DNA of 64,000 nucleotides from Heterodontus francisci (Eukaryota): NCBI RefSeq assembly GCF_036365525.1, contig NC_090407.1, positions 11,847,441 to 11,911,440 of the forward strand, read 5' to 3'. Shown piece by piece: positions 50,476 to 61,624 of this stretch (position 1 is its first letter; each line of letters starts with the position of its first letter). The notes under the pieces were generated by a model. It saw only the letters and a program-made list of their open reading frames with translations, ran no database searches and was not told where the DNA came from. The position numbers and the translations under genes were made by a program.

Positions 50476-52236
50476 GACAAATGTCAATAAATGGATTAGG
50501 AAAATGCATGAGATTACATCTTTTTACCTGTAGATTTCTGCACTGCATGTCTCAGTCTGGAGGAAGAGCCTACTTATTCATTGCTTGGCATTTGGGATCT
50601 GGGAAGGAGCAGGGATACTTTTAAAACTTCCTGAACTGAAACTGGAATCTTGGTATTCAATGTGTGCACCACCTGCAGTTCCGCAGTTCCCAGTATAACC
50701 CTCTCTGTAGGTTTCACCTGGCATTTCCCAGGAAAGGCAGTCAGCCTGATTCCTGGGCTATTACCTAGATACCCTTTGTCCTGTTAATAATGGGCTCCTG
50801 AGAGCACATCTGGATGACATAACATGCTCTCCAATTCTCTCCTTCCCAGTTGGAAACCTCCTGGCCACTGCTCCTTGATCTATGGGAGTCTGATTCTTTG
50901 TAGTTATCTTGTTATCCTGTGACCTAAAATGGTCCATTTAGCAAAATGATCCCTCTGCGCATTACCAACAAACGGAGATTCATCTCAGTAATAACAACGC
51001 TGCGTTAAGATTAATAGAATAATTCTATGGTATAACAGAAAGATATTTACTCAGCAAACGAACTGCAATGTGAGGAATAAAACAGCATTTTTAACATGTA
51101 GACGAGTGAGTCATTGCCCTCAACAACTATCCACCAATCCTGCATGTACAGACCTGCTCGTCTTATATCTTCAGGGCTTTTTCTTGAATCGTGCCTCAGA
51201 TACGATCGGCCCACTGTTTTCATGGAAATGTATCTGGCCTGTCATCTCCGAAAACAGCGTCATAAAATTACAAAGGAGCTTGAGTTTGAGAACTTGAGGA
51301 GAAGGAGATAAGGAGTGGGAGGAGAGGGAGGTAAGGAGTGATAGTTGAGAAAGATGGAGGAATTAGGGTGGGCTTTTTGACAGGAGGGGTGATGGAAGTA
51401 GCTGATGATGGGGGTAGAGTCATATAGAATATCAGCAAACACCGGGGCAAGAAAATATTTTGAGTGGTCAGGGGTTCGGAAGGGGAGGGATCGAGGAAGC
51501 AGAAGGTGGACCCCATGCTGGAGACGATGTGGTGGAACCAGGAGGGGAAGAGATGGGTAGTCAGCGCTTGGGTGAGAGAGAGCCTGGGGAAATTGTGCCT
51601 CAATAGGCACGAAACAAATCAATTTGGAACCCCTCGAACAAAGCAAAATTTAAAAGAGATTACGACAGAAGCAAAGTAAATATTTCGCATGCCAGGTGTT
51701 GGTGGTCAATTGTGCGGCAGTGCCCATCATTATGCTTTACTGAAATCCTAGTGATTCTTCTCCACAGGAGCCTCCTCTGAGATCCGGGACTCATGTTGCC
51801 AGTCTCTGATCAGCACAAAACTTAAATATTTCCTGTTTCAATACTAAATTACATGTGCTGTTGCCTATGATCAGTTGAATGATTTTTTATTAAGACGGAG
51901 ATACAGTTGGGAGAGATTTTAGAAAGTCGCTCCACAGAGCCACTTAGTGGCAGGAATCTGCAACTTCATTGCAATAGTTGACATAGCAACTTGGAATGCT
52001 GAATGTGGACAGAAAAACAGGACCAAAACTTGTATCAACAAAAAATGAAGTTCATGAGCAGGAAGTATGTACAGTACTATATGCATGATTTTTAAGAGTG
52101 TATATAGGTTTTATCTTTTCTCCAGCTTAGAAACACTCCCAAGTGGCTTACTGGATTGTCTTTATGTTTTAGATGCTTTTTTCTGAACTCAGAGATTGCC
52201 AAACATTTTTTCCTTTGATCCCCTCCTTTTTAGTGA

Positions 52237-52790
52237 TTCAGTATTGGTCTCCTTATTTAAGAAAGGATGTAAATGTTTTGGAAGCAGTTCAGAGAAGGAT
52301 TACTAGACTAATACCTGGAATGGGCAGATTGTCTTATGAGGAAAGGATGGACAGGTTTGGCTAGTATCGGCTGGAGTTTAGAAGAGCAAGAACCAACTTG
52401 ATTGAAACATATGAGATCCTGAGAGGTCTTGACAGGATGGATGCAGAAAGGATGTTTCCTCTTATGGGAGAATCTAGAACCAGGGGTCACTGTTTAAAAA
52501 TAAGGGATCACCCATTTAAGACAGAGATGAGAAAATTTTTCTCTGGCTGTCATGAATCTTTGGAACTCTCTTCCTCAAAAGGCAGCGGAAGCAGAGTCTT
52601 TGAATATTTTTAAGGCAGAAGTAGATAGATTCTTGATAAGCAAGAGGATGAACGGTTATCGGGGTAGGCGGGAATATGGCGTTGAGGTTACAATCACATC
52701 AGCCATAATCTTATTGAATGGCGGGGCAGGGTCCAGGGACCAAGTGGCCTACTCCGGCTCCTAATGCATATGTTCATATGTTCATACGTG
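52237..52790 (+). mobile_element. CR1 3' fragment
   Basis: QYWSPYLRKDV, SRTRGH; (CATATGTT)n tail. Confidence 0.85.
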
Positions 52791-54319
52791 TATCACATGT
52801 GTGTCCTCTTTCTAAGAGACAGCATTACTTTCCATGTATCCGCTGACCTGGTCCGGTACATCATGCCTGCCATGACATAAGGCAATGGCCATGGTGCAAG
52901 CTCAAAACAGCAAGTGTCACTCCATAAGCATAAGGGAATGGCACCTGTGGAACAGGAAGCTGGACTACTGACGTAAGATCGGGTACATAGGGTAAAGGCA
53001 GGAGAGTGATATGCGTTGGTCGGACTGGCATTGCTCTCCTAAGCCCTAGATTGGGTTTAAGAAAGGTCAAAAAGTCTTTGTCAATGTTTGCAAAGAGCCA
53101 ACAGGATTGATGTCTCCACAAATATTAAAGATTCCTCTGGAATTCAGAAGCTAGTGAGTGGAGCTCTGCATGTTTTTCACAGTTACCATTGTTGGAATGC
53201 TGTTGTGACTGTCCAGAGAGTTTACAGAGCCAGCCATATAGCTCTAGCTCTACTATACTATATGAATGCAGCTCCTTATTTCCTTGCTCTGTATCAACCA
53301 GGTCTGTAGAAGACCTGTGAACTATGGCCCTGATTTTCTTATGATGGTGACGTCAGTGGCATTACACTTTAAATTTCTCCATCTAGTGCCAATCTCACCA
53401 CCAATAACTTCCTCCATATTACTACCTTCCTAATTAGAATGTACCACAGCGAGTATAACAGTGAATTAGAAGCAGCGCAGTCATTTATTTGAATCCAACA
53501 AATCACTGGTTAATTCGATGCAAAGTATTTCATTTTCATAGGGACACAGCTAAATGGCAAGAAGGATCTCCCAGAGTATTGTAATCTTCATAATTAACAA
53601 TGAAGACAAAATAAAACCTTGGACTGAAGCAGTTTGGGGCTCTAATTAATCCCAGGCCTTTTCGAATGTTGGGTAAAAATGTAGCAAACTTTATTAGATG
53701 AACAAGTCCATTAAACTGGAATTTCATACAGATACAGACCATATTAATCTAAATATGAGGGAAAAGCTGGGGCTAAGAATTCCTCAACTTTGTGACTTCC
53801 ACCGATAGTCTTTGGAACCGCTTTTGTTGCACCCTGCAGCCCAGTTTATTTGTGTCACTGTTCCAAACATAGGAACATTAGGAACAGGGGGAGGCCATTC
53901 AGCCCCTCGGCCTCCTACTCCATTCAATTAGATCATGGTTGATATGCACTCAACTCCATTTTCCCATCTTATACTCCATATCACCTCCATGTCAAAACAA
54001 TTATACTCCTCATAGCAACAATCAATATGTTAAAAGAATCAGTTAAAAATATAGTTAAAAGAAACAAATCTTAATGATACTCTTTTGACATAACAATGCA
54101 AACTTACCTTTCAACAAGTCTTGATCTGCAAACAAACTAGTACACCATGTAAATGTAGGAATGGTTTAAATAATGGCATAGTCACTTACTCCATAATTTC
54201 CTCTTTCTTCTGTGCCAATGAAGGGTCCCTATATCAATGGCGCAAGCCCTCAGGAGCCATGGCTTCTTTTATATCCACCTGAGGGAGCAGATAGGACCTC
54301 AGTTTAACGTATAGCTAAC

Positions 54320-55830
54320 AGTAAGGAAGAATGCAACATAATACAAAGAAGACATTAGAAAACTTGTCGCTTGGGCAGTTAAACAGCAAATAAACTTTGA
54401 CGTAGATAACTGTGAGGTGTTGAGCTTTGGTAAGAAAAACAGAAACATCGCCTATACCTTTGCAAATTAGAAAGTGAGTGGGGTAGAAGGACAAAAGGAT
54501 CCAGAGGCACAGGTGAACAAATTATTAAAAGTGGCATCACAGGTCAGCAAAGCAATTAAAAATGCTATCAAAGCACTGGGACATATTCCGACAGAGTATA
54601 GAATTCAAAAGTAGTAAAATTATATTCAACTTGGAGAGGACCCTGTTTAGACCACACTGAAGAGTACTGTGCACAGTTCTGCTCTCTATATCACAAAAAG
54701 GACATCGAAGCACTTGAGAAAGTGAAAAACAGATTTACAAGGAAGGTACCAGAGTTGAGAGATTAGAGTTGTCGGGAAAGATTAAACAGGGTGGGCCTTT
54801 TTCTTTCCTTTAGAAAAGAGAAGACTTAGAGGCCTTTAAAGTTATGAATGGGCTGGACAGAGTAGATGTGGAGAGAATGCTTCCATTTGTGGGAGAATTC
54901 AAAACTAGGGGCCATAAATACATGAGAGTTACTAATAAATACGATAGAAAAATGAAAATTTTCTTTACTCAGAGAGTGGTTAGAATGTGGAACTCACAAC
55001 CACAAGTAGTTGAGGCAAATTGTTTAAGATGCTGTCAAGCTCGTGACAAGCCAGACGAGCACATGAAAGAAAAGGAAATTATATATATGTGTATGGCTGG
55101 GGAAGCAGTTATAGTTCAATGTGGATGTTAACAATTCATTCAGCTGATGCAGTGGGAATGATTGTGATGCCACCAAGAATGGATCTCTCAGGGCACGAGT
55201 TCAATGTGTGGGCGATGGTCTGACTTGGACGGCCACAGTCACAGTTTGAGCTGGTCCTCACGTTCCACTTGTGGAGCAAGTAGCCACATCTTCCCTGGCC
55301 CGACGTCAAATGGTTGAGGGTTGTCCAGATTTCCCATGGGAGATTGAAACCTGGGACTTCACCACTCAGGTCAGTTCCCAGGTTATGTTTGGTGATGTTA
55401 GCAGTCAACCAGGAGGTGCGCCTTTGAGAGGTGGAGCTGTCGTCGGTTTTCAGGGCGTAGAGTATGTTCTTGTAGGGGCTATGGGATTTCAGGCGAGGTT
55501 TTTTTTTTGAGGTCCTGTGTCAATGGGAGTGCTTCGTTAGCTGTCAGCTGGTGCAGACATCAGGAGGTTCAATGTGTGCTCATGCAAGAAGCCACTCATG
55601 CTGTCTTGGCCTCAATGTTCCAAAACTAATCATAATTTCCCGGAGGTGGATATCTACCACGTTTGTGTGGCAGCTCCTGATCCAGGTTGAGCAGCAGTAC
55701 TCTGAAAGATAAACTGATGGGCGGAAATGAGGTAGAAAGAATGGCAGGAGACTCGTGCGGAGTATAAACGTCAGCACAGATTATTTGGGCCAAATGGCTT
55801 TTCTCTGTGCTGTATATTCTATGTAACCCA
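54320..55830 (+). mobile_element. Old CR1 fragment with an intervening Vingi-like piece
   Basis: Decayed CR1 RT C-terminus at 54320-55080; tail at ~55720-55830. Confidence 0.65.
55133..55712 (-). mobile_element. Vingi/Ingi-like LINE 3' fragment
   Basis: EYCCSTW..SCHT..VD; WTTLNHLTSGQGRC..LLHKW....CDCG..SQTIAH.LNSCP C-terminal zinc motif. Confidence 0.7.
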
Positions 55831-58800
55831 GGCCAAGATAAAAACTATTCAAGAATGTACCGTAATCTCATTTGCTGCCACTAGAGGTCATGAATCATTG
55901 AATCCTTCCAGCAGTGCAATGGTTGTGCAATATTTCAATGACACTGTGATTTTCTAATGAAACAGATATCAGTTGAAATCATAGGAGGGGAAACCTTAAC
56001 AGAATATACCCGTCATCATAGAATCATGGAAATTTAAAGCATGGAAGGAGGCCATTCAGCCCATCGTGTCCGTGCCAGCCGACATGTAGCCATCCAGCCT
56101 AATCCCACTTTCCACAGCTGAATGACTAGGTTTCAGGAGGGATGAGGAGGGGTGTGGAGGGATGTGTGTGGCTGTGGTGTAGTATAAGGATGTTAGGGGT
56201 GATCCCTGAGTGCCAAGGTGTGTTGTGTAGTATAAGGGCCTGAAAGGGTTAATATTCAAGACAGTGAGAGTAAACCCCTCCCACTGCAGTGATGATGATG
56301 TATTAGTCACATGGGTATTAGGCTGGGAAGAAGCTAGAAGCGGCACAAGATGTGCTGGCTAGACAGTCTTGTGGGGAGTGTAAATAGTTATATCTGTATA
56401 TAATGAGTTATTCTTTAGCCCTACAAAGAACTCAAGACTTCTTTAAAAAAACATTTGATCTATGCTACCACAATACACAACATGGCTGCAACGGTGAGAA
56501 CACCCAGAAATTAGTGAAAGACCTCACCTCGTACAGTAGCGTCAAGAAGACAGCAGATCTTGAAGGGAGATGGCAATGAGCTCCAGAGCTGCTCTGTAGC
56601 TGAAGAAAGAGATGGACAGTCAGTCAGCCATGCAGGCATTCAGGCTGCACCACAGAAGCGTGTGGTCTGTGAGCAAAATTCAGAATCTAGCTATCAGGCT
56701 GTACTGAAGGTCGGAGATCAAGTAAGAAACCCTTTGAAAAAGGTTGACAATTTTTTTTTAAAAGACCCAATCCTTTACTCAGGTTGTCCACAAGGGAAAG
56801 AGCGGGAAATCCCTGAAAAACGTGGGAAATCCTAAGAGCGGGGACACCTCCATTAAAGCAAACAAGACTTAAAACAAAATTTCTTGAAGAAAGGGGAACA
56901 CCCTAAATTAAAGAAGAAATCTAGCAAATAATGGATTCGAAACATAAATGCCTGAAAACTTCCACAATTGGGAAGGACCCAATCAGATACAGAATTGGTC
57001 AAGGTGGAAGAGATTTCTAAGATTTAGAATAGCCTCTCAGCTACACACTAAATCAGAGGCTGAGCAAGTTAATAATCTTTTAAACTCATAGGTGCCATAG
57101 AACCATAGAAGTTTACAGCACAGAAAGAGGCTATCATGCCTATCATGTCCGTGCTGGCTGAAAAACTAGCCAGCCAATCTAATTCCACCTTCCAGCACCT
57201 GGACCATAGCATTGCAGGTTACAGAACGTCAGGTACAGGTCCAGGTGCTGCCTAATAAGATCCTGGAAAGAGCAACATTTAACAAGAGAGAGTCCAGAAA
57301 ATAGGCAAATCCGTGGATGCTTTCATTAATGATTTGTACAGATTGGATGAGGGATGCAAGTACTGAAAACTGAAGTCTGAGTTGATCAGGGACCGCATCG
57401 TAGTGGGAATAGTTGACTAGACCTCTTGCAGTCCAAAGACGACCTCACACTCAAGAAAGTGACAGGTAGAAGTCTAAAGACAAAACAGAGCTACTGTGAA
57501 GCCTGAAGACAGACCATGCATCAGAAAAAATACGATGATGGTTCAGTTCCTGAAGCCCAGGATGGAAAAGCTATCTCCAAATAAGAAGGCACATGCAGTT
57601 GAGAGGGTGCAAGACACCGTTAAACCATGCCAGCACTGTGGAGCCAGGAAGACCCATAGACGTGATCAGTGTCCTGCTAATAAATTGGACTGCTTTAATT
57701 GCAAAAAGACAAGCCACTTCGGAAGATGTGCCAGAGCAAGACCTCGTCTGTCAAATTTACAGAAGAAAAAAGCCTTCACACAGAGTGGTGAATGACTTGG
57801 AACAACTACCAGTGGATGATAAACCAGGAGACTTCCTAAGGGAAATTAATGACCCCAATCAAGGATTTTGGACAGCAGGTGTCTATGTCAATGGACATAT
57901 TACTAATTTCAAATCGGACACAGGTGCAAGTGTCACAGTTCTGTCAGACCAAGAGCTATAGTTGATGAGACATTGCGTACAACCAGCGGACACACAGTTG
58001 TATGGTCCAGGAGGGATCCAACTGAAGGTGAAGGGTAAGCTTCAAGCAACTCTCCAATATAAAGGGAGACAGATTATGGAAGCCCTATGTTTTGAAAAAA
58101 ACTAGAACTTTCCCTGTTAAGCAGAAAAGTGTGCTTAGACCTATATCTACTCAAAAAAGTAGATAGAGTCAAACAGCCAAAGTCGAACAGTCCCTTCAAG
58201 CACACTATACGTACGAGACCAAATACATTCAGGGAAAGATGCAAACTTCCGCTATCTGCTATCAAGATCGATGGTAGACTATCCAACGCAACAGGACATG
58301 AACTTTGTGGATGAGATAGAGTCATATGTCATATTCACAATATACTGTACAACAGTAGCCAGCAAGTATACAGAAACTCAAGAAATTCATCACGGTCAAA
58401 AGCAGGATGAAGAAAGTACTCGTATACGTCAATACTGCACATAGGGTTGGCCTCAAGAATGTCCTCCTGGTAACATCAATGATATGCTGGTGTATAATGA
58501 CAGACTAGTCATTCTGAGTTTACTCAGATTGGATATCTTGGAACATCTACATCAGGGCCACATGGGCATAGCAAAGTGTAGAGTACGGGCTCAGTCATCA
58601 ATGTAGTGGCCAGGAATATCCAAAGACATAGAAAGCATGGTCCTGAACTGCTAAATATGTGCAATACATAGACCAGAGCAAAGAGAGCCTCTGATTACAA
58701 CAAAATCGCCAAGACCCTGGGAACAGCCAGGGATGGATTTATTTATGCACAGCAGAAAATCCTATATAATCATGATCAATAATTTCTCATGATGGATTGA

Positions 58801-59910
58801 AGTGAAAAGGTTGTACTCAACAACAACAGAATCTGTTATCTGAACTTTGAAGGAAACCTTTGCGACGCGTGGTATCCCTGACAAAGTCATGTCAGACAAT
58901 GGACCACAGTTCACAAGTAAATACTTCACACAATTTGCAAGAAAATGGGGATTTGAGCATCTCATGAGTTCCCCACAATATCATCAGTCGAACGGCAAGG
59001 ACTAAAGAGGAGTAAGAACATAAAGGCATTGTTGAAGAAGAACAAAGATCTTCCAACCACATTGATTAACTATCGATCTACTCCATTGCTGTGTGGACTA
59101 TCATCTTCTGAGCTGTTGATGGGAAGGAAGATAAAATCCCAACTTCCCAATGTTTTAGGCAAAATACTTCCGGGTCTAGACGTCAAAGACTACCAAAAAG
59201 TCTAAGACAGAGAGACGTACTACAGGAACCAACAAGTTCACAATTACAACAAAAGATTTTGTACCAGAAACTTACCTCAGAGCTAAAGGGAGGCGAGAAG
59301 GTATGGATACGAAACCTAGAACAGGCAGGTGATGTTATACAAAAAGATGAAAACTATCTGATCGTATCCAGTATGCACGACAGAGAGTACTACATGACGA
59401 AACATTATCCCTATTCCACAGAAGCAACAATCAACCATTTATCCGGATGAACTAAATGATGATCAAGAAACCCAGAGTCGACAGGATACTACAAACATTG
59501 ATCAAGACCATCCAAGTCATCCAAAAACACTTTCAAGCAAGGCTACCAATCTTCCCAACCCGATAAGAGCACCATCAGGGCGAGACATGAAGCCTCCTGA
59601 TAGGCTGAATCTGTGAGGGACAGAGACTTGAGGGGAGATGGGGTAGTATGTAAAGTCAAAATGATTGAATGTATACATATTTAAAAAACAAAGTGACTCC
59701 TGACAATGCAGCACCACCCCCCCCCCCCTCCCCCAAACATCAGATCACTCCCAGTCAGGCACATGCGCAGAACAGACGTTTGCTGCCAGTATGGTGCTGT
59801 GCATGCACAGCCTACGTCAGCACCAGGCTTGCTGAGCGAACACGACTAATGTGCTCATGTGCACAAATTAGTCATTCGTCACTCCCAGCCTCGCCACTTT
59901 GCCTCACTCA

Positions 59911-60115
59911 GCTCCCTCCCGCTTCTGGTCCCTGGTACTGGTCACCGCTCCCTCCAGCTTCTGGTCCCCGCTCCCTCCAGCTTCTGGTCACCGCTCCCTC
60001 CAGCTTCTGGTCACCGCTCCCTCCAGCTTCTGGTCCCCGCTCCCTCCAGCTTCTGGTCACCGCTCCCTCCAGCTTCTGGTCACCGCTCCCTCCAGCTTCT
60101 GGTCCCCGCTCCCTC
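59911..60115. repeat. 23-bp tandem repeat (~8-9 copies)
   Basis: CCGCTCCCTCCAGCTTCTGGTC(A/C) repeated. Confidence 0.9.
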
Positions 60116-60448
60116 TCCCGGTCGCAGCCTTTTTTCCCCACACGGGGGAAGTGTGGAAGAGAGAGAGTGACAAAATAGGGAGGGGAGGAAGACTGCGAGC
60201 GGGAGGGAGCGGGGGAGCAAACGGCCGAGGGGGAAGAAGGGGCAAGGCCATGGATTCTGTTGTAATGTACACCCAATCCTGCACATGCAGCTAACCTGGA
60301 GCTCAGGTCTAAACACAAAGCTCACTGAAGTGATGCTGGATCAAGTTGTTGATTTGGCTCTTATTACAACACAGAAGCAGCTCTCTGCCGATGTTCATGC
60401 TGAACACAAGCTCCCAGGATTTATCTGTTCCAACTTCCAAAATGTTAG

Positions 60449-61358
60449 TGTCATGCAGGCCCCGCACCTGCCAAGAATGAGGCATATTAATTTTGTCATT
60501 GGAACATTGATTTTAAACTGTTGCTGGAGCGAGGAAATTACTTGTTAAACAGATCAGCCGTGGCTGGAAAAAAAATTTGCATACTCACAGACAGTGCTTG
60601 GAGAGACAAAGGGGCGATTCCCTGCTCCAATTTAACCCACAATGCACTTTGAGCACCAGGTATTATGTGTAAGAGGAGACATCCCAGGGTCGGCTAAGAC
60701 AAGAGAATCCACAAACAGACATCATCAGACCAGCTAACCACATGACTAACCTTCTTGGCAATCTGGGTTTTTCTGAATTGTACAAAGACTTTGAACTGAA
60801 AAAGACTGTTTACTCCTGGAGTGAGAAGACCTCTCCTATCTGCTCCCATCTCCTTCTCACAAGCCTCTGGACCCACTGAGGACATATGAACTTCAAGAGA
60901 GAAAAGTCTCCTACATCAAACAAGGTTTGAGAAGAATACTGGGCCCCAGTGAAAAGCAAGACCTACCAACAATCAAGGACTTTACAGCAAGCTCGAAGAA
61001 CAGTAACCAAAACCATCTTCAGATATTGCCTCAAACTTTTCCACTTTATTTCTTCTGCTCTTTTCTTTCTCTATCTGCATGTGTATATCGCATATGCATG
61101 CTAGCGTGGGTGTGTTGCATATCCATAGGCGTTAACCGAATTAGAGTTAAGTTTAATAAAATTCAACCTTTTTTCTTTAAACCTAAGAAAACCTGTTTGG
61201 CTAGTTTCCATGCCATATATTTGGAAATTAGTGAACAAGGATTCACTAAGGCGGAGCTAAAAAAAAAAAACTGTGTGCTTAAAATTAAAGCCTGTTACCG
61301 TAAGACCAAGTGAAAGCTGAAAGGGAACCCTAGACCCATTTCTCACCTGGTCGTAACA
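60449..61358 (+). mobile_element. Solo LTR of the Gmr1-like family
   Basis: TGTCATGC...TCGTAACA; perfect 5-bp TSD GTTAG (60444-48, 61359-63); homologous to 3897-4770. Confidence 0.92.
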
Positions 61359-61610
61359 GTTAGAAATCTCTTTTTAAAATGCTCACTGGTTTAAAGTTCA
61401 GGTTTGTGTCCTGAAATAATCATCAATAAAATTCATTAAGCAACCATTGCTGGGAGCAGGCGTAGGGGCCAGAAGTGGCCATTTTGGTTTCATTTGTTTT
61501 CATTTTTGTGATATATTGAGCAGCGCCATCTTTGCTACTTGCAGCTGCCAAAACATTGCAGACAGTGATGTTAAAGTGCATGAGGCTGCATTTGCGCATG
61601 TGCAAGTACT

Positions 61611-61624
61611 GCGCCACCTAGTGG
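61611..61624 (-). promoter_or_regulatory. Consensus-like CTCF motif
   Basis: Minus strand reads CCACTAGGTGGCGC. Confidence 0.5.

Noticed and set aside
51938-55890. Additional CTCF-like motifs (~51941, ~55875)
   Set aside because: Partial matches expected by chance; no supporting context.
59669-60325. Overlapping 75-170 aa ORFs
   Set aside because: Produced by the 23-bp repeat and GC-rich low-complexity sequence.
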